This document shows, piece after piece, positions 1 to 8,617 of a stretch of 64,000 nucleotides of DNA. Source of the stretch: Bacillota bacterium (GTDB lineage: Bacteria > Bacillota > Limnochordia > Limnochordales > ZCTH02-B6). Positions within the stretch are counted from its first letter, which is position 1; each line of letters opens with the position of its first letter. A model generated the notes under the pieces. That model saw nothing but the letters and a program-made list of their open reading frames with translations. It did not search any database and had not been told where the DNA came from. The DNA lies in contig JACDOI010000006.1 in the NCBI GenBank assembly GCA_017656145.1, forward strand, positions 400 to 64,399. Reading direction: 5' to 3'. The position numbers and the translations under genes were made by a program.

Positions 1-62
1 GCGGGTAAGTCACAGGCCGTCAGGGCCGTCGCGGCAAGGCGGATAGCCCGCGGCGGCCGCGG

Positions 63-83
63 TTATCCACAGAATTCTCCACA
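63..83. promoter_or_regulatory. Two tandem DnaA boxes (part of the oriC region upstream of rpmH/dnaA)
   Basis: TTATCCACA at 63-71 (perfect) and TTCTCCACA at 75-83 (1 mismatch), immediately upstream of rpmH, where dnaA normally diverges. Confidence 0.85.
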
Positions 84-160
84 AGGGGCGCGCGAGAAGA
101 TTTTTTCGCGTAAGGGGACGCGGAACGCCTGTGGGACGGGTGCGCGTGAAGGGCTAAAGC

Positions 161-190
161 TTGACGCTCTCGCGAGCCGTGGTCTATAAT
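161..190 (+). promoter_or_regulatory. sigmaA promoter of rpmH operon
   Basis: TTGACG(161-166)-18 bp-TATAAT(185-190), followed by a GGAGGAG RBS. Confidence 0.8.
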
Positions 191-219
191 CGAGACAGTT
201 TTCCGGAGGAGTGAGTAGC

Positions 220-354
220 GTGAAGCGCACGTACCAACCCAACCCGGTGCGGAAGCGCCGGACCCACGGGTTTTTGAGCCGCATGGCGACCCCGGGCGGC
301 CGCCGGGTGCTCAAGCGGCGGCGGGCGAAAGGGCGTCATCGGCTGACGGTGTAG
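220..354 (+). CDS. rpmH: 50S ribosomal protein L34
   Basis: Not in ORF track; translated by hand as [44 protein letters not shown]; GTG start with RBS. Confidence 0.98.
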   Translation: MKRTYQPNPVRKRRTHGFLSRMATPGGRRVLKRRRAKGRHRLTV

Positions 355-361
355 CCCGGGC

Positions 362-754
362 GTGGCACGATTGGAACGGTTGCGGCGCCCGCGGGATTTC
401 GCCCGGTGTTACGAATCGGGGCGGGTGCGGAAAAACCGGATCGCGGTGCTTCACGTGGCCGATTCGCCGGACGGCGTGACCCGCGTCGGATTTTCGGTCA
501 GCAAGAAGGTGGGCAAAGCGGTGGTCCGCAACCGGGTAAAGCGGCTATTGCGGGAAGCCGTGCGGGCCCACGCGGAACAGTTGGCCCCGGGCCTTCACTT
601 GGTGGTGTCGGCCCGGGCGGCGGCGCGTGAGGCGGAATTCGCGAGCGTTCTTTCGGCGGTGGGCCAGCTGCTCGCAGGGGCCGGGGCGTTGCAGACCCAT
701 GATGCCCCCGCGGGGGCGAGGGAGCCGGGGAAGGGAGCGGGCAACGGCCGGTGA
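362..754 (+). CDS. rnpA: Ribonuclease P protein component
   Basis: [25 protein letters not shown] (RNR motif); synteny after rpmH. Confidence 0.97.
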   Translation: MARLERLRRPRDFARCYESGRVRKNRIAVLHVADSPDGVTRVGFSVSKKVGKAVVRNRVKRLLREAVRAHAEQLAPGLHLVVSARAAAREAEFASVLSAVGQLLAGAGALQTHDAPAGAREPGKGAGNGR

Positions 755-963
755 TGCGGATGATGCTGGTATTCGCCATCCGGGTGTATCGTCGCGCGGT
801 GTCGCCGCTCTTTCCTCCCAGGTGCCGGTTTTACCCGTCGTGCTCCGCATACGCCGAGGAAGCGATTACCCGCTACGGCGTGTTGCGGGGCGGGTGGCTG
901 TCGCTGAAACGACTGCTGAAGTGCCATCCGTGGCACCCCGGCGGGTACGATCCGGTGCGGTAA
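751..963 (+). CDS. yidD: Membrane protein insertion efficiency factor YidD
   Basis: [11 protein letters not shown]...[12 protein letters not shown] motif. Confidence 0.97.
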   Translation: MMRMMLVFAIRVYRRAVSPLFPPRCRFYPSCSAYAEEAITRYGVLRGGWLSLKRLLKCHPWHPGGYDPVR

Positions 964-989
964 ATGCGGGTCTAAACGGGGGCGGATTG

Positions 990-1619
990 ATGGACTTCTT
1001 GCGCGACGTTATGCTCCAGATGCTCGTCTTTTTTGCGGATCTGACCAACAGCTCCGGCTTGGGAATCATCCTCTTGACCCTTGTGATCCGCCTGCTGCTC
1101 TTTCCCCTCACGCTTAGCCAGACGAAGTCGCTCGCGGCCATGCGGGAGCTGCAGCCGAAGATGCAGGAGTTGCAGCGGAAGTACAAAGACAAGCCGCAGG
1201 AATACCAAAGGCGGTTGCTGGAGCTCCACCGGGAGCACAATATCAACCCGCTGGGCGGGTGTCTGCCGGTGCTGGTGCAGCTGCCCATCCTGTGGGCGTT
1301 GTTCTTCGTGTTGCGGGAATTTCCGCTGGAGCAGCGGCAGTTTCTCATATGGGATTTGGCCGGGCCGGCGGGGGAGCCGTACTGGATTCTTCCGCTGCTG
1401 TCAGGCCTGACGACGTACGGGCAAATGATGCTCAGCGCCACGGATCCCAGCCAGCGAGCGATGATGTTCATCATGCCGGTGTTTCTCGTATGGGTGAGCG
1501 TGCAGTTCCCTGCCGGGTTGGTGCTTTACTGGGTGGTCAGCAACGTGTTCTCCATGGGCCAGCAGTACGTGATTAACCGACAGCTGGCGGCGGCGAAGAA
1601 GGGGGACAAGGTGCGCTGA
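990..1619 (+). CDS. yidC: YidC/Oxa1 membrane protein insertase (short form)
   Basis: IRLLLFPL, NPLGGCLP.LVQLPI and PAGLVLYW motifs; ATG at 990 chosen over the long ORF start. Confidence 0.95.
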   Translation: MDFLRDVMLQMLVFFADLTNSSGLGIILLTLVIRLLLFPLTLSQTKSLAAMRELQPKMQELQRKYKDKPQEYQRRLLELHREHNINPLGGCLPVLVQLPILWALFFVLREFPLEQRQFLIWDLAGPAGEPYWILPLLSGLTTYGQMMLSATDPSQRAMMFIMPVFLVWVSVQFPAGLVLYWVVSNVFSMGQQYVINRQLAAAKKGDKVR

Positions 1620-2383
1620 TGCAAGTGGTGGAGAAGGTGGGGCGCACAGTGGAGGAGGCCGTCGCGGGCGCGCTGGCGGAGCTGGGCGCTTCCCGTGACG
1701 AGGTGGAAGTCGAGGTGCTGGAAGAGGGTACCAAAGGACTGTTCGGGCTGCTCGGGGCAAAACAGGCGCGCGTGCGCGTTCGGCGAAAAGCCGGGGTGGC
1801 GGGGGAACCTCCGGTCATGGACGAAGAGGCCGGATCCGGTGGAGCTCGGGCAGCCGAGGGGGAGCTTGGCGAGGAGCGAGAGGGGCCGGGGGCCGCGCGG
1901 GAGGATGCTCAGCTACGGCCGTGGCCGCCGGAGGAAAAAGTGGCGGCGGCGCGGACGTTTTTGACGGGCGTGCTGGTGCGGATGGGCGTCGATGCGGCGC
2001 TTGAGAGCCGGGTGGACGAGGATGGTTTCGTTCACGTCAATATCGTCGGGGAGGACCTGGGGCTGGTCATCGGCCGGCGGGGGCAAACCTTGGACGCGCT
2101 GCAGTTTTTGGTCAACCAGGTCGCCAATCGAGGTTCGGGCGAGCGGGTTCGGATCGTGCTGGATGCGGAAGGGTACCGGGAACGGCGGGCTGAAGCCCTC
2201 AGGGCGCTGGCCCGGCGAATGGCAGCCCGCGCAAGGCGCCAGGGTCGCCGGGTGGTGCTGGAGCCGATGAGCGCGATGGAGCGGCGGATCGTCCACCTGG
2301 CGCTGGCGAACGAGCCGGGCGTGGAAACCCACAGTGAGGGCGAGGACCCCAACCGGCGGGTGGTCATCGTGCCTCGGGGGTAA
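1619..2383 (+). CDS. jag: Jag/EloR/KhpB RNA-binding protein (Jag_N, KH, R3H)
   Basis: GRTVEEAV...KGLFGLLG, IGRRGQTLDALQ, ERRIVH and SEGEDPNRRVVI motifs. Confidence 0.96.
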   Translation: MQVVEKVGRTVEEAVAGALAELGASRDEVEVEVLEEGTKGLFGLLGAKQARVRVRRKAGVAGEPPVMDEEAGSGGARAAEGELGEEREGPGAAREDAQLRPWPPEEKVAAARTFLTGVLVRMGVDAALESRVDEDGFVHVNIVGEDLGLVIGRRGQTLDALQFLVNQVANRGSGERVRIVLDAEGYRERRAEALRALARRMAARARRQGRRVVLEPMSAMERRIVHLALANEPGVETHSEGEDPNRRVVIVPRG

Positions 2384-2407
2384 TGGCTGTGAATCGGTGC
2401 GGGTGGG

Positions 2408-2444
2408 AAAGCGCGAAACGGTCCGTTTCGCGCTTTTCTTATTT
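2408..2444 (+). terminator. Intrinsic terminator after jag
   Basis: AAAGCGCGAAACG-GTC-CGTTTCGCGCTTT stem followed by a T-rich tract. Confidence 0.8.
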
Positions 2445-2495
2445 CCCCATCGCCGGTTCGAGATGGTCGGCGCCGGGAGGGAGGTTTGTGAAAGC

Positions 2496-3173
2496 GTGAC
2501 GGGCAGACCGGGCCTGGAGGGGTTGGAGGCGTACTGCCGGGAGATGGGGATCGACCTGGAACCGGGCCAAAGTGCCCTTTTGCGGCGGTTTTGGGCCATG
2601 GTGCTTGAGCAGAATGCGCGGGTCAACCTCACGCGGATTACCGACGACCGGGAGGCGGTGCTGAAGCACTTTGTGGACTCGCTGACCGTGTTGCGCGCGG
2701 GGGTGATCCACGCTGGCGCCAAGGTCGCGGACGTCGGGACGGGCGCAGGGTTTCCGGGCGTGCCGCTCGCCATCGCTCGGCCGGACGTGCGGGTGCTGCT
2801 CGTGGAAGCGACAGGGAAGCGGGTGAAGTTTCTGGAGGGCGCTGTCGGCGCCCTAGGACTCAAGAACGTGGAAGTGTTGCACGAGCGGGCGGAGGAGCTG
2901 GCTCGGCGGACACGCGGGGCGGGCGTCGCGGACGCGGTCACGGCGCGGGCGGTTGCCCCTCTGTACCGCTTGGTGGCGTGGTGCGTTCCGTTGCTCCGGG
3001 CCGGCGGGCACCTCGTAGCGATGAAAGGCCCGGACGTCTCGGAAGAACTGGGACAAGCGGAACAAGCCCTGGGGAAAGCCGGCGCCCGGGTCGCAGCTGT
3101 CCACAGGCTCGAGTTGCCGGGCGGCGCCGGGGGGCGAACGTTGCTGGTGATCAGGCGCGAGGCGGTTGGGTAA
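2496..3173 (+). CDS. rsmG: 16S rRNA m7G527 methyltransferase
   Basis: NLTRI, KHFVDSL, DVGTGAGFPG and TARAVA motifs; GTG at 2496 follows GGGAGG. Confidence 0.95.
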   Translation: MTGRPGLEGLEAYCREMGIDLEPGQSALLRRFWAMVLEQNARVNLTRITDDREAVLKHFVDSLTVLRAGVIHAGAKVADVGTGAGFPGVPLAIARPDVRVLLVEATGKRVKFLEGAVGALGLKNVEVLHERAEELARRTRGAGVADAVTARAVAPLYRLVAWCVPLLRAGGHLVAMKGPDVSEELGQAEQALGKAGARVAAVHRLELPGGAGGRTLLVIRREAVG

Positions 3174-3245
3174 GGGGACGGGAAGGAGGCCCTCGCGCAG
3201 GTCTCGAAATGAAGGGCGACGGGTCAGGGAGGCGGTGAGGCCTGG

Positions 3246-4223
3246 GTGCGGCTCAGCGAGCTGCTGAAAGGAAAAGGCATGGACGAGGCCGCGGGCCGGC
3301 GGGCACCCGGGACGGACCGGACACGGGCGGGCGAGCGGGTGGAGGAAATCCCGGTTTCTTCCATCGCAGCGTCGCCGTTTCAGCCGCGGCGCGCCATCGA
3401 CGAATCTTCGGTTGAGGAGCTCGCGGCATCGGTGTCCGAAAACGGCCTGCTGCAGCCGGTGATCGTGCGGCCTGTGGCCGGCGGCTACGAGCTGGTGGCG
3501 GGCGAGCGGCGCTTTCGGGCGTGCAAGCAGCTGGGATGGACGACGATTCCCGCGGTCGTCCGAGAGCTGACGGATGAGGCTGCGGCGGCGCTGGCGATGG
3601 TGGAAAATTTGCAGCGGCGGGACTTGACGCCGCTGGAGGAGGCAATCGGCTACCGGAACTTGCTGGACCGGTTCGGCTGGACCCAGGAAGAACTCGCGCG
3701 AAGGCTGGGCCGCAGCCAAAGCGCGATCGCGAACAAACTGCGCCTGTTGCGCCTGCCGGAAGCGGTGCAGGAGCGGCTGGCGAACCAGAGGTTGACGGAG
3801 CGGCACGCCCGGGCGCTGTTGCGGCTTCCCCAGCCAGCGGAGCAGGAGCGGTTGGCGAAAGAGATCGAGGCTCGCGGGTTAACGGTGGAGGAGACTGAGC
3901 GCCGGGTCGCGGAGCTGCTGAGCGCGTCTCGCGAAGGCCGGAAGGCGGGGGGGGACGGCGGCGATTTGGAACAGGAAACGTCGCCGGGCCCGCGCGGGAG
4001 CAGCCGGGACCGCGAACCGGGGGAGGAGAACCGGCCGAGCGGGCGGCGGATGGTCCGGGTGTACAAAGACGTGCGGCTGTTTCGCAATAGCATCGATCGA
4101 GTGGTCCAGGAGCTCCGGGAGGCGGGACTGCTCGTAGAAGTCGATGAGGCGGTGTGGGAGGACAGCCGAGCGGAGTGGTGGGAAATGCGGATCCGTGTAG
4201 GGCGGGCCAAGGAGCCGAGGTGA
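3246..4223 (+). CDS. noc: Nucleoid occlusion protein Noc (ParB paralogue)
   Basis: GERRFRA, ENLQRRDL and HTH; C-terminal KDVRLFRNSI...IRV typical of Noc; rsmG-noc-parA synteny; cognate NBS at 7880. Confidence 0.88.
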   Translation: MRLSELLKGKGMDEAAGRRAPGTDRTRAGERVEEIPVSSIAASPFQPRRAIDESSVEELAASVSENGLLQPVIVRPVAGGYELVAGERRFRACKQLGWTTIPAVVRELTDEAAAALAMVENLQRRDLTPLEEAIGYRNLLDRFGWTQEELARRLGRSQSAIANKLRLLRLPEAVQERLANQRLTERHARALLRLPQPAEQERLAKEIEARGLTVEETERRVAELLSASREGRKAGGDGGDLEQETSPGPRGSSRDREPGEENRPSGRRMVRVYKDVRLFRNSIDRVVQELREAGLLVEVDEAVWEDSRAEWWEMRIRVGRAKEPR

Positions 4224-4227
4224 TCCG

Positions 4228-5019
4228 ATGGCCAGGGTGATTGCGATCGTCAATCAAAAGGGCGGCGTCGGCAAGAGCACGACGGCGGTCAATCTCGCCG
4301 CGTACTTGGCGGTCGGGGGGGCCCGGGTTCTGCTGGTCGACTTGGACCCGCAGGGAAATGCCACGAGCGGCGTTGGGGTCGACAAGGTGCGGCTTGAGCG
4401 GTGCATGTACGATGTGCTGGTTCATGAGGAACCGCTTGAGAGCATCTTGCAACAGTGCTCCATCGAGGGATTGTGGATTGCGCCGGCGACCATTGAGCTG
4501 GCCGGCGCGGAGATCGAGCTGGTGGCGGCCATGTCCCGGGAGTTCCGGTTGCGGCGGGCGATTGAAGGCGTTAAGGAGCGGTTCGACTACATACTCATCG
4601 ATTCGCCCCCATCGCTGGGCTTGTTGACGCTCAACGGGTTGACCGCGGCGGATTCGGCGCTTGTGCCAATCCAGTGCGAGTATTACGCGCTGGAAGGGCT
4701 CAGCCAGCTGGTCAAGACGCTGAAGCTTGTGCGGGATCATCTGAACCCCGAGTTGAAGGTCGAAGGCATCGTGATGACGATGTACGACGCCCGCACCAAC
4801 TTGTCCCAGCAAGTCGTGGAGGATGTCCAGGCGTTTTTCGCCGGGGCGGAAGCGCGGCGGTACATCCCGGAACAAGTTCGGGTGTTCCGATCGGTCATCC
4901 CGCGCAACATTCGCCTCAGCGAAGCGCCTAGTTTCGGCCAGCCCATCGTCCTGTACGACGCCCGGTCCCGGGGGGCGCGGGCGTACGAAGAGCTGGCCCG
5001 GGAGGTCCGGGCGGGATGA
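4228..5019 (+). CDS. parA: ParA/Soj partition ATPase
   Basis: NQKGGVGKST, DLDPQGNAT, QCEYYALEG and IPRNIRLSEAPSFG motifs. Confidence 0.97.
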   Translation: MARVIAIVNQKGGVGKSTTAVNLAAYLAVGGARVLLVDLDPQGNATSGVGVDKVRLERCMYDVLVHEEPLESILQQCSIEGLWIAPATIELAGAEIELVAAMSREFRLRRAIEGVKERFDYILIDSPPSLGLLTLNGLTAADSALVPIQCEYYALEGLSQLVKTLKLVRDHLNPELKVEGIVMTMYDARTNLSQQVVEDVQAFFAGAEARRYIPEQVRVFRSVIPRNIRLSEAPSFGQPIVLYDARSRGARAYEELAREVRAG

Positions 5020-5870
5020 GCCGGCGGGCGCTGGGGAGGGGATTGCGGGCGCTGATTCCCGGCGAGGAGCGAGAGGAGACGCGGGTCGAAGAGGTGGCCG
5101 TCGACCGGATCCGGCCGAACCGGTATCAGCCGCGAACGGAGATGGATGAGGAGTCTCTACAGGAGCTGGTCGAATCGATCCGGGTTCACGGCGTGCTGGA
5201 ACCCGTTATCGTCCGGCCGACGGGCGACGGGTATGAGCTTGTGGTCGGCGAGCGGCGGTGGCGGGCGGCCCGGCAGGCGGGGCTGGCGGTCATCCCATCG
5301 GTGGTGCGGGCGATGTCCGATCAGGAGGCTGCCGTCCTCGCCCTCGTGGAAAACTTGCAGCGGGAAGACTTAAATCCCATTGAGGAGGCGCGCGCGTATC
5401 GCCGGCTGATGGATCTGGGCTTGACCCAGGAGGAGGTCGCGGCACAGGTGGGGCGGAGCCGCCCCGCGGTGGCCAACAGCTTGCGGCTTCTGGCGCTGGG
5501 CGAGGAGGAGCAGCGGGCGGTGGCGAGCGGGCAGGTGAGCGTCGGCCACGCGAAGGTTCTTCTGGGCGTGGAGGACAAGTCGTTGCGGCAGGAGCTTCTG
5601 GCGGAGATCGTGAGCAAGGGATTGACAGTGCGGCAGGCGGAGGCCCTGGCCCGCAAGCACGCTCGCAAGGCCCGGAGGATGGCCGCTCGCGGGGCGCGCC
5701 AGCTCCATCCGGACCCGGTTTGGAAGGATGTGGAGATGCGCTTGTCGGAAGCGTTGGGCACGCGCGTCAGTGTCCAGCGGATGGGGGAGGGCGGGCGGAT
5801 CGTCATCGAGTTTTACACGGCTGAGGATGTGGGCCGGTTGCTCGAGTTGATTGTTCCACGTGGAACATAA
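5016..5870 (+). CDS. parB: ParB/Spo0J partition protein
   Basis: ALGRGLRALI N-terminus, GERRWRA, ENLQREDLNPIEEA. Confidence 0.97.
   Translation: MSRRALGRGLRALIPGEEREETRVEEVAVDRIRPNRYQPRTEMDEESLQELVESIRVHGVLEPVIVRPTGDGYELVVGERRWRAARQAGLAVIPSVVRAMSDQEAAVLALVENLQREDLNPIEEARAYRRLMDLGLTQEEVAAQVGRSRPAVANSLRLLALGEEEQRAVASGQVSVGHAKVLLGVEDKSLRQELLAEIVSKGLTVRQAEALARKHARKARRMAARGARQLHPDPVWKDVEMRLSEALGTRVSVQRMGEGGRIVIEFYTAEDVGRLLELIVPRGT
5852..5867. promoter_or_regulatory. parS: parS centromere site
   Basis: Perfect palindrome TGTTCCACGTGGAACA inside the last codons of parB. Confidence 0.95.
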
Positions 5871-5893
5871 CCCGCGCGGTGAGGAGGGGGCGC

Positions 5894-7063
5894 ATGGTGC
5901 AGCAGCGGGACGACGGCCAGAGCAGAGACGCTGCCGCCTGGACGCGGCTCAAGCCGGGCCAAACGGTTACCCTGCGAGCCGAGTCTCCGCTCCACAAAGG
6001 CGCGTACGAGTGCTCCGTCATCGAATCGTCCCCCGAACGGCTCCGCATCACCATGCCCATGGTGGATGGCCGCCTGGTCCTGGTTCCCGTCGGAACGCCT
6101 GTGCACGTCGAAGGCGAGGCGGAAGGCGGCACGATAGCGCTCCAGGCCCGGGTCATCGACCGGCAGGGGGGATCGTCCCGCAGCCTCCTGCTGGGGCCGT
6201 TGCCTGAGCCGCCTGCCTATCTGGCCCGGAGGCCGACCGGCGCGCCCTCGCGCACCATAGCCGTCACCAGCGGCAAGGGTGGGGTTGGGAAGACCGCCTT
6301 TGTGGTCAACCTCGGCGTGGCATTGTGCGAGTTGGGCAAGCGTGTGTGCGTGGTCGACGGCGACCTGGGGACGGCCAACGTCGACGTCATCCTCAACTTG
6401 ACGCCCCGGTTCAACCTGGCTCACGTCATCGCCGGCGAAAAGACGATATTCGAGGTGTTGGTGGAAGGGCCGGGCGGGCTGGTCGTGCTCCCCGGTGGTT
6501 CCGGGTTGCAGGAGCTGACCGATCTGGGGGACCGCCAATTTGCCAAGCTGCGGACCCAGTTCCAGCAACTGGAGCGCTACACCGACATCCTGCTCCTGGA
6601 TACCGGCAGCGGGCTTTCACGGTCGGTGACGAACTTCCTTCGAGCGGCTCACGAAACCATCGTCATTACAACGCCCGAGCCTCACGCGATCACCGACGCA
6701 TATGCGCTGCTGAAGGTCATTTCCCGCCACGAAGACGACTTGACCATGCGCCTGGTAGTCAACCGGACTGCAAGCCGCGAGGAAGCCCATGATATCGGGC
6801 AGAAAATGCTGTTCGCCAGCCAGCGGTTTTTGGGAGTGGACATGACTTTCCTGGGATACATCCCCGAAGACCCAGCGGTCGGCCAGGCGATCCGCCGGCA
6901 AGCGGACCTCCTCTCGACCTACCCGAAGAGCCGGGCGGCGGAGTCCATCCGCCGGATCGCCGGCACGCTCCTCCAGGAAGGGGAGCCGAATCCGGAACCG
7001 GCGGGCGGCCGGGAAGGACGCCGTTCGTTCGTCCAACGGATCCGGGCCGTCCTTGGCCGTTGA
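5894..7063 (+). CDS. FlhG/MinD-family ATPase with N-terminal YcgR/PilZN-like domain
   Basis: C-terminal ~270 aa has TSGKGGVGKT, DGDLGTANVD, TTPEPHAITDAYALLK and a terminal amphipathic helix (SFVQRIRAVLGR); N-terminal ~110 aa resembles flagellar-brake PilZN (GQTV.L...Y.C.V...L.I.MP..DG.LV..PVG..V.V). Confidence 0.8.
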   Translation: MVQQRDDGQSRDAAAWTRLKPGQTVTLRAESPLHKGAYECSVIESSPERLRITMPMVDGRLVLVPVGTPVHVEGEAEGGTIALQARVIDRQGGSSRSLLLGPLPEPPAYLARRPTGAPSRTIAVTSGKGGVGKTAFVVNLGVALCELGKRVCVVDGDLGTANVDVILNLTPRFNLAHVIAGEKTIFEVLVEGPGGLVVLPGGSGLQELTDLGDRQFAKLRTQFQQLERYTDILLLDTGSGLSRSVTNFLRAAHETIVITTPEPHAITDAYALLKVISRHEDDLTMRLVVNRTASREEAHDIGQKMLFASQRFLGVDMTFLGYIPEDPAVGQAIRRQADLLSTYPKSRAAESIRRIAGTLLQEGEPNPEPAGGREGRRSFVQRIRAVLGR

Positions 7064-7122
7064 ATCCCCGCCGGGAGCGCAAGAGCGCAGTGAGCGGGCA
7101 GAAATCGCCCGCGCTGCCCGTC

Positions 7123-7767
7123 TCAGGGCTGGATCCCGCCCGGTGAGCGGGCTACGGCCGCTTCCCGCATCGCCGGCCATTGCTCGAGCGCAATTCTCAC
7201 CCCTTCCGCAATGGTTTCGGCCATCCGCATGACCAGACTCAGTCGAGTGTTCTGCAAGACGAAATACTCCATAAAACCGCCCACGTTGACGATGCCGATG
7301 ATGTGAAGATCGCCGACGGGAGGAAGCTGCTTGTTGACGCCCGTCCCGGGCAGCAGGGCTCCCGGCTTGACGGAGATGTACCCGACGCTTTCGCTGCGGC
7401 CAAGACACGCGTCCACCGCGATGACCCCCTGCTCATCCGCATCCGGGTGCCGCTCGATGCGCCAGAGCACTTCGTGGAGGTTCGCCGCGTGAACCGGCTC
7501 ATCCAGCGTACCCAGCACCCGCACCCATGCAGGAGCCGACTGAGCGAGGCGGCTTCCGACCAGCGGTCCCAGCGCATCGCCGGTGGACCGGTCGGTGCCG
7601 ATACAAACCACCGTTACAGATCGACGGCCGCTACAGCGCTCGTGCATGTGCTCCAGGATGGACGCGGCCAGCGCTTGAACGGCCTGGCCGTCATCCACGT
7701 GGACCCGGTGAGAGCACTCGGATGCTCGCCACGCGCGCTCCAACGCCTGGGAAAGCTTTTGCCACAC
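7123..7767 (-). CDS. yyaC: Spore protease YyaC (DUF1256)
   Basis: CIGTDRSTGDALGPLVG, PVHAANL, IAVDACLG and LQNTRLSLVMRMA motifs; start approximate. Confidence 0.93.
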   Translation of the reverse strand: MWQKLSQALERAWRASECSHRVHVDDGQAVQALAASILEHMHERCSGRRSVTVVCIGTDRSTGDALGPLVGSRLAQSAPAWVRVLGTLDEPVHAANLHEVLWRIERHPDADEQGVIAVDACLGRSESVGYISVKPGALLPGTGVNKQLPPVGDLHIIGIVNVGGFMEYFVLQNTRLSLVMRMAETIAEGVRIALEQWPAMREAAVARSPGGIQP

Positions 7768-7821
7768 CCTGGCCACCACCCCGCACCGGATCGCGCCCTG
7801 AGGGTTGGGCGCTGCACGAAC

Positions 7822-7850
7822 AGTATATGAACGCCCTGCGAGCGCTATAC
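7822..7850 (-). promoter_or_regulatory. Sporulation sigma-type (sigmaE/F/G-like) promoter of yyaC
   Basis: Minus strand GTATA-16 bp-CATATACT. Confidence 0.5.
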
Positions 7851-7879
7851 GGACGGCTCCGGCCGGCCTAGGCCTAGGA

Positions 7880-7895
7880 TATTTCCCGGGAAATA
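7880..7895. promoter_or_regulatory. Noc-binding sequence (NBS)
   Basis: Perfect 16-bp palindrome TATTTCCCGGGAAATA, matching the B. subtilis NBS consensus. Confidence 0.9.
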
Positions 7896-7908
7896 CGCAC
7901 CGGTCACA

Positions 7909-7937
7909 TTGACAAGCGGGTCTGCGTGAAGTAATGT
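7909..7937 (+). promoter_or_regulatory. Probable sigmaA promoter of TPR gene
   Basis: TTGACA-17 bp-TAATGT, then AAGGAGG RBS. Confidence 0.55.
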
Positions 7938-7958
7938 GGCTGGGAAGGAGGGGCGGAG

Positions 7959-8552
7959 ATGGCAATCACCGGTGACGGCGACCGTTTCCCCCAGACCGGC
8001 CAACCCTCAAGCGGCGGGACGCCGCCCCCGCCGGCCGACATCGCGCGGCAGCGGTTTCAAGCGGGGGAGCGGCTTCTTGAGCAGGGGCGGTTCGACGAAG
8101 CCCTTCGACAGTTCCAGGAAGCCGTGAACCTTGATCCTCGCTGGGCTGCGGCCCGGAACAAACTGGGTGTCGCGTACGCCCGGATGGGGCAGCGGGACGA
8201 AGCCCGGCGGCAATTCCTCGCCGCCATCGAGTGCGATCCGTCCTACGCTCCGGCCCACAGCAATCTCGGCAACGTTCTCCAAGAGGAAGGGCGGCTCGCA
8301 GAGGCCGAGGCGGCCTACAAGGAGGCCATTCGCCTCGATCCGGACTACGCGGTCGCCTACCACAACCTGGGCGTCGTCTACAAGCGCATGGGGCGCATCG
8401 GCGACGCCGTAGACAATCTAAAACGGGCGGCCCGGATGGAAAGAGCGCTGCTCAAGGGAAAGGCCGAAACGGAGAACCCTCGGGCTGCCCGGTACGCCGG
8501 CCTCGCCTGGATAGCCGCGATTGCCCTCATCGCGTACCTGCTCTTGCGTTGA
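7959..8552 (+). CDS. Tetratricopeptide repeat protein with C-terminal membrane anchor
   Basis: About 4 TPR units (A..NLG.....G...EA...Y..AI..DP); hydrophobic C-terminus LAWIAAIALIAYLLLR. Confidence 0.9.
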   Translation: MAITGDGDRFPQTGQPSSGGTPPPPADIARQRFQAGERLLEQGRFDEALRQFQEAVNLDPRWAAARNKLGVAYARMGQRDEARRQFLAAIECDPSYAPAHSNLGNVLQEEGRLAEAEAAYKEAIRLDPDYAVAYHNLGVVYKRMGRIGDAVDNLKRAARMERALLKGKAETENPRAARYAGLAWIAAIALIAYLLLR

Positions 8553-8617
8553 TCCCTTTTCTCTGCCTTCCTTGCGGAACGTAGAAGGATCCAGATTGCA
8601 GCTCGTAGAACGCAGAC

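Noticed and set aside
3253-4875. Long antisense and alternative-frame ORFs (e.g. 3253-4875, 30528-31850, 48280-50028)
   Set aside because: Shadow ORFs of well-supported genes in high-GC DNA; no motifs or RBS
8584-8611. sigmaH-like motif (AGGA-18-GAAC) pointing antisense into the glycosylase gene; similar weak motif at 48557-48582
   Set aside because: The -10 is imperfect and such short motifs arise by chance; no start-site evidence
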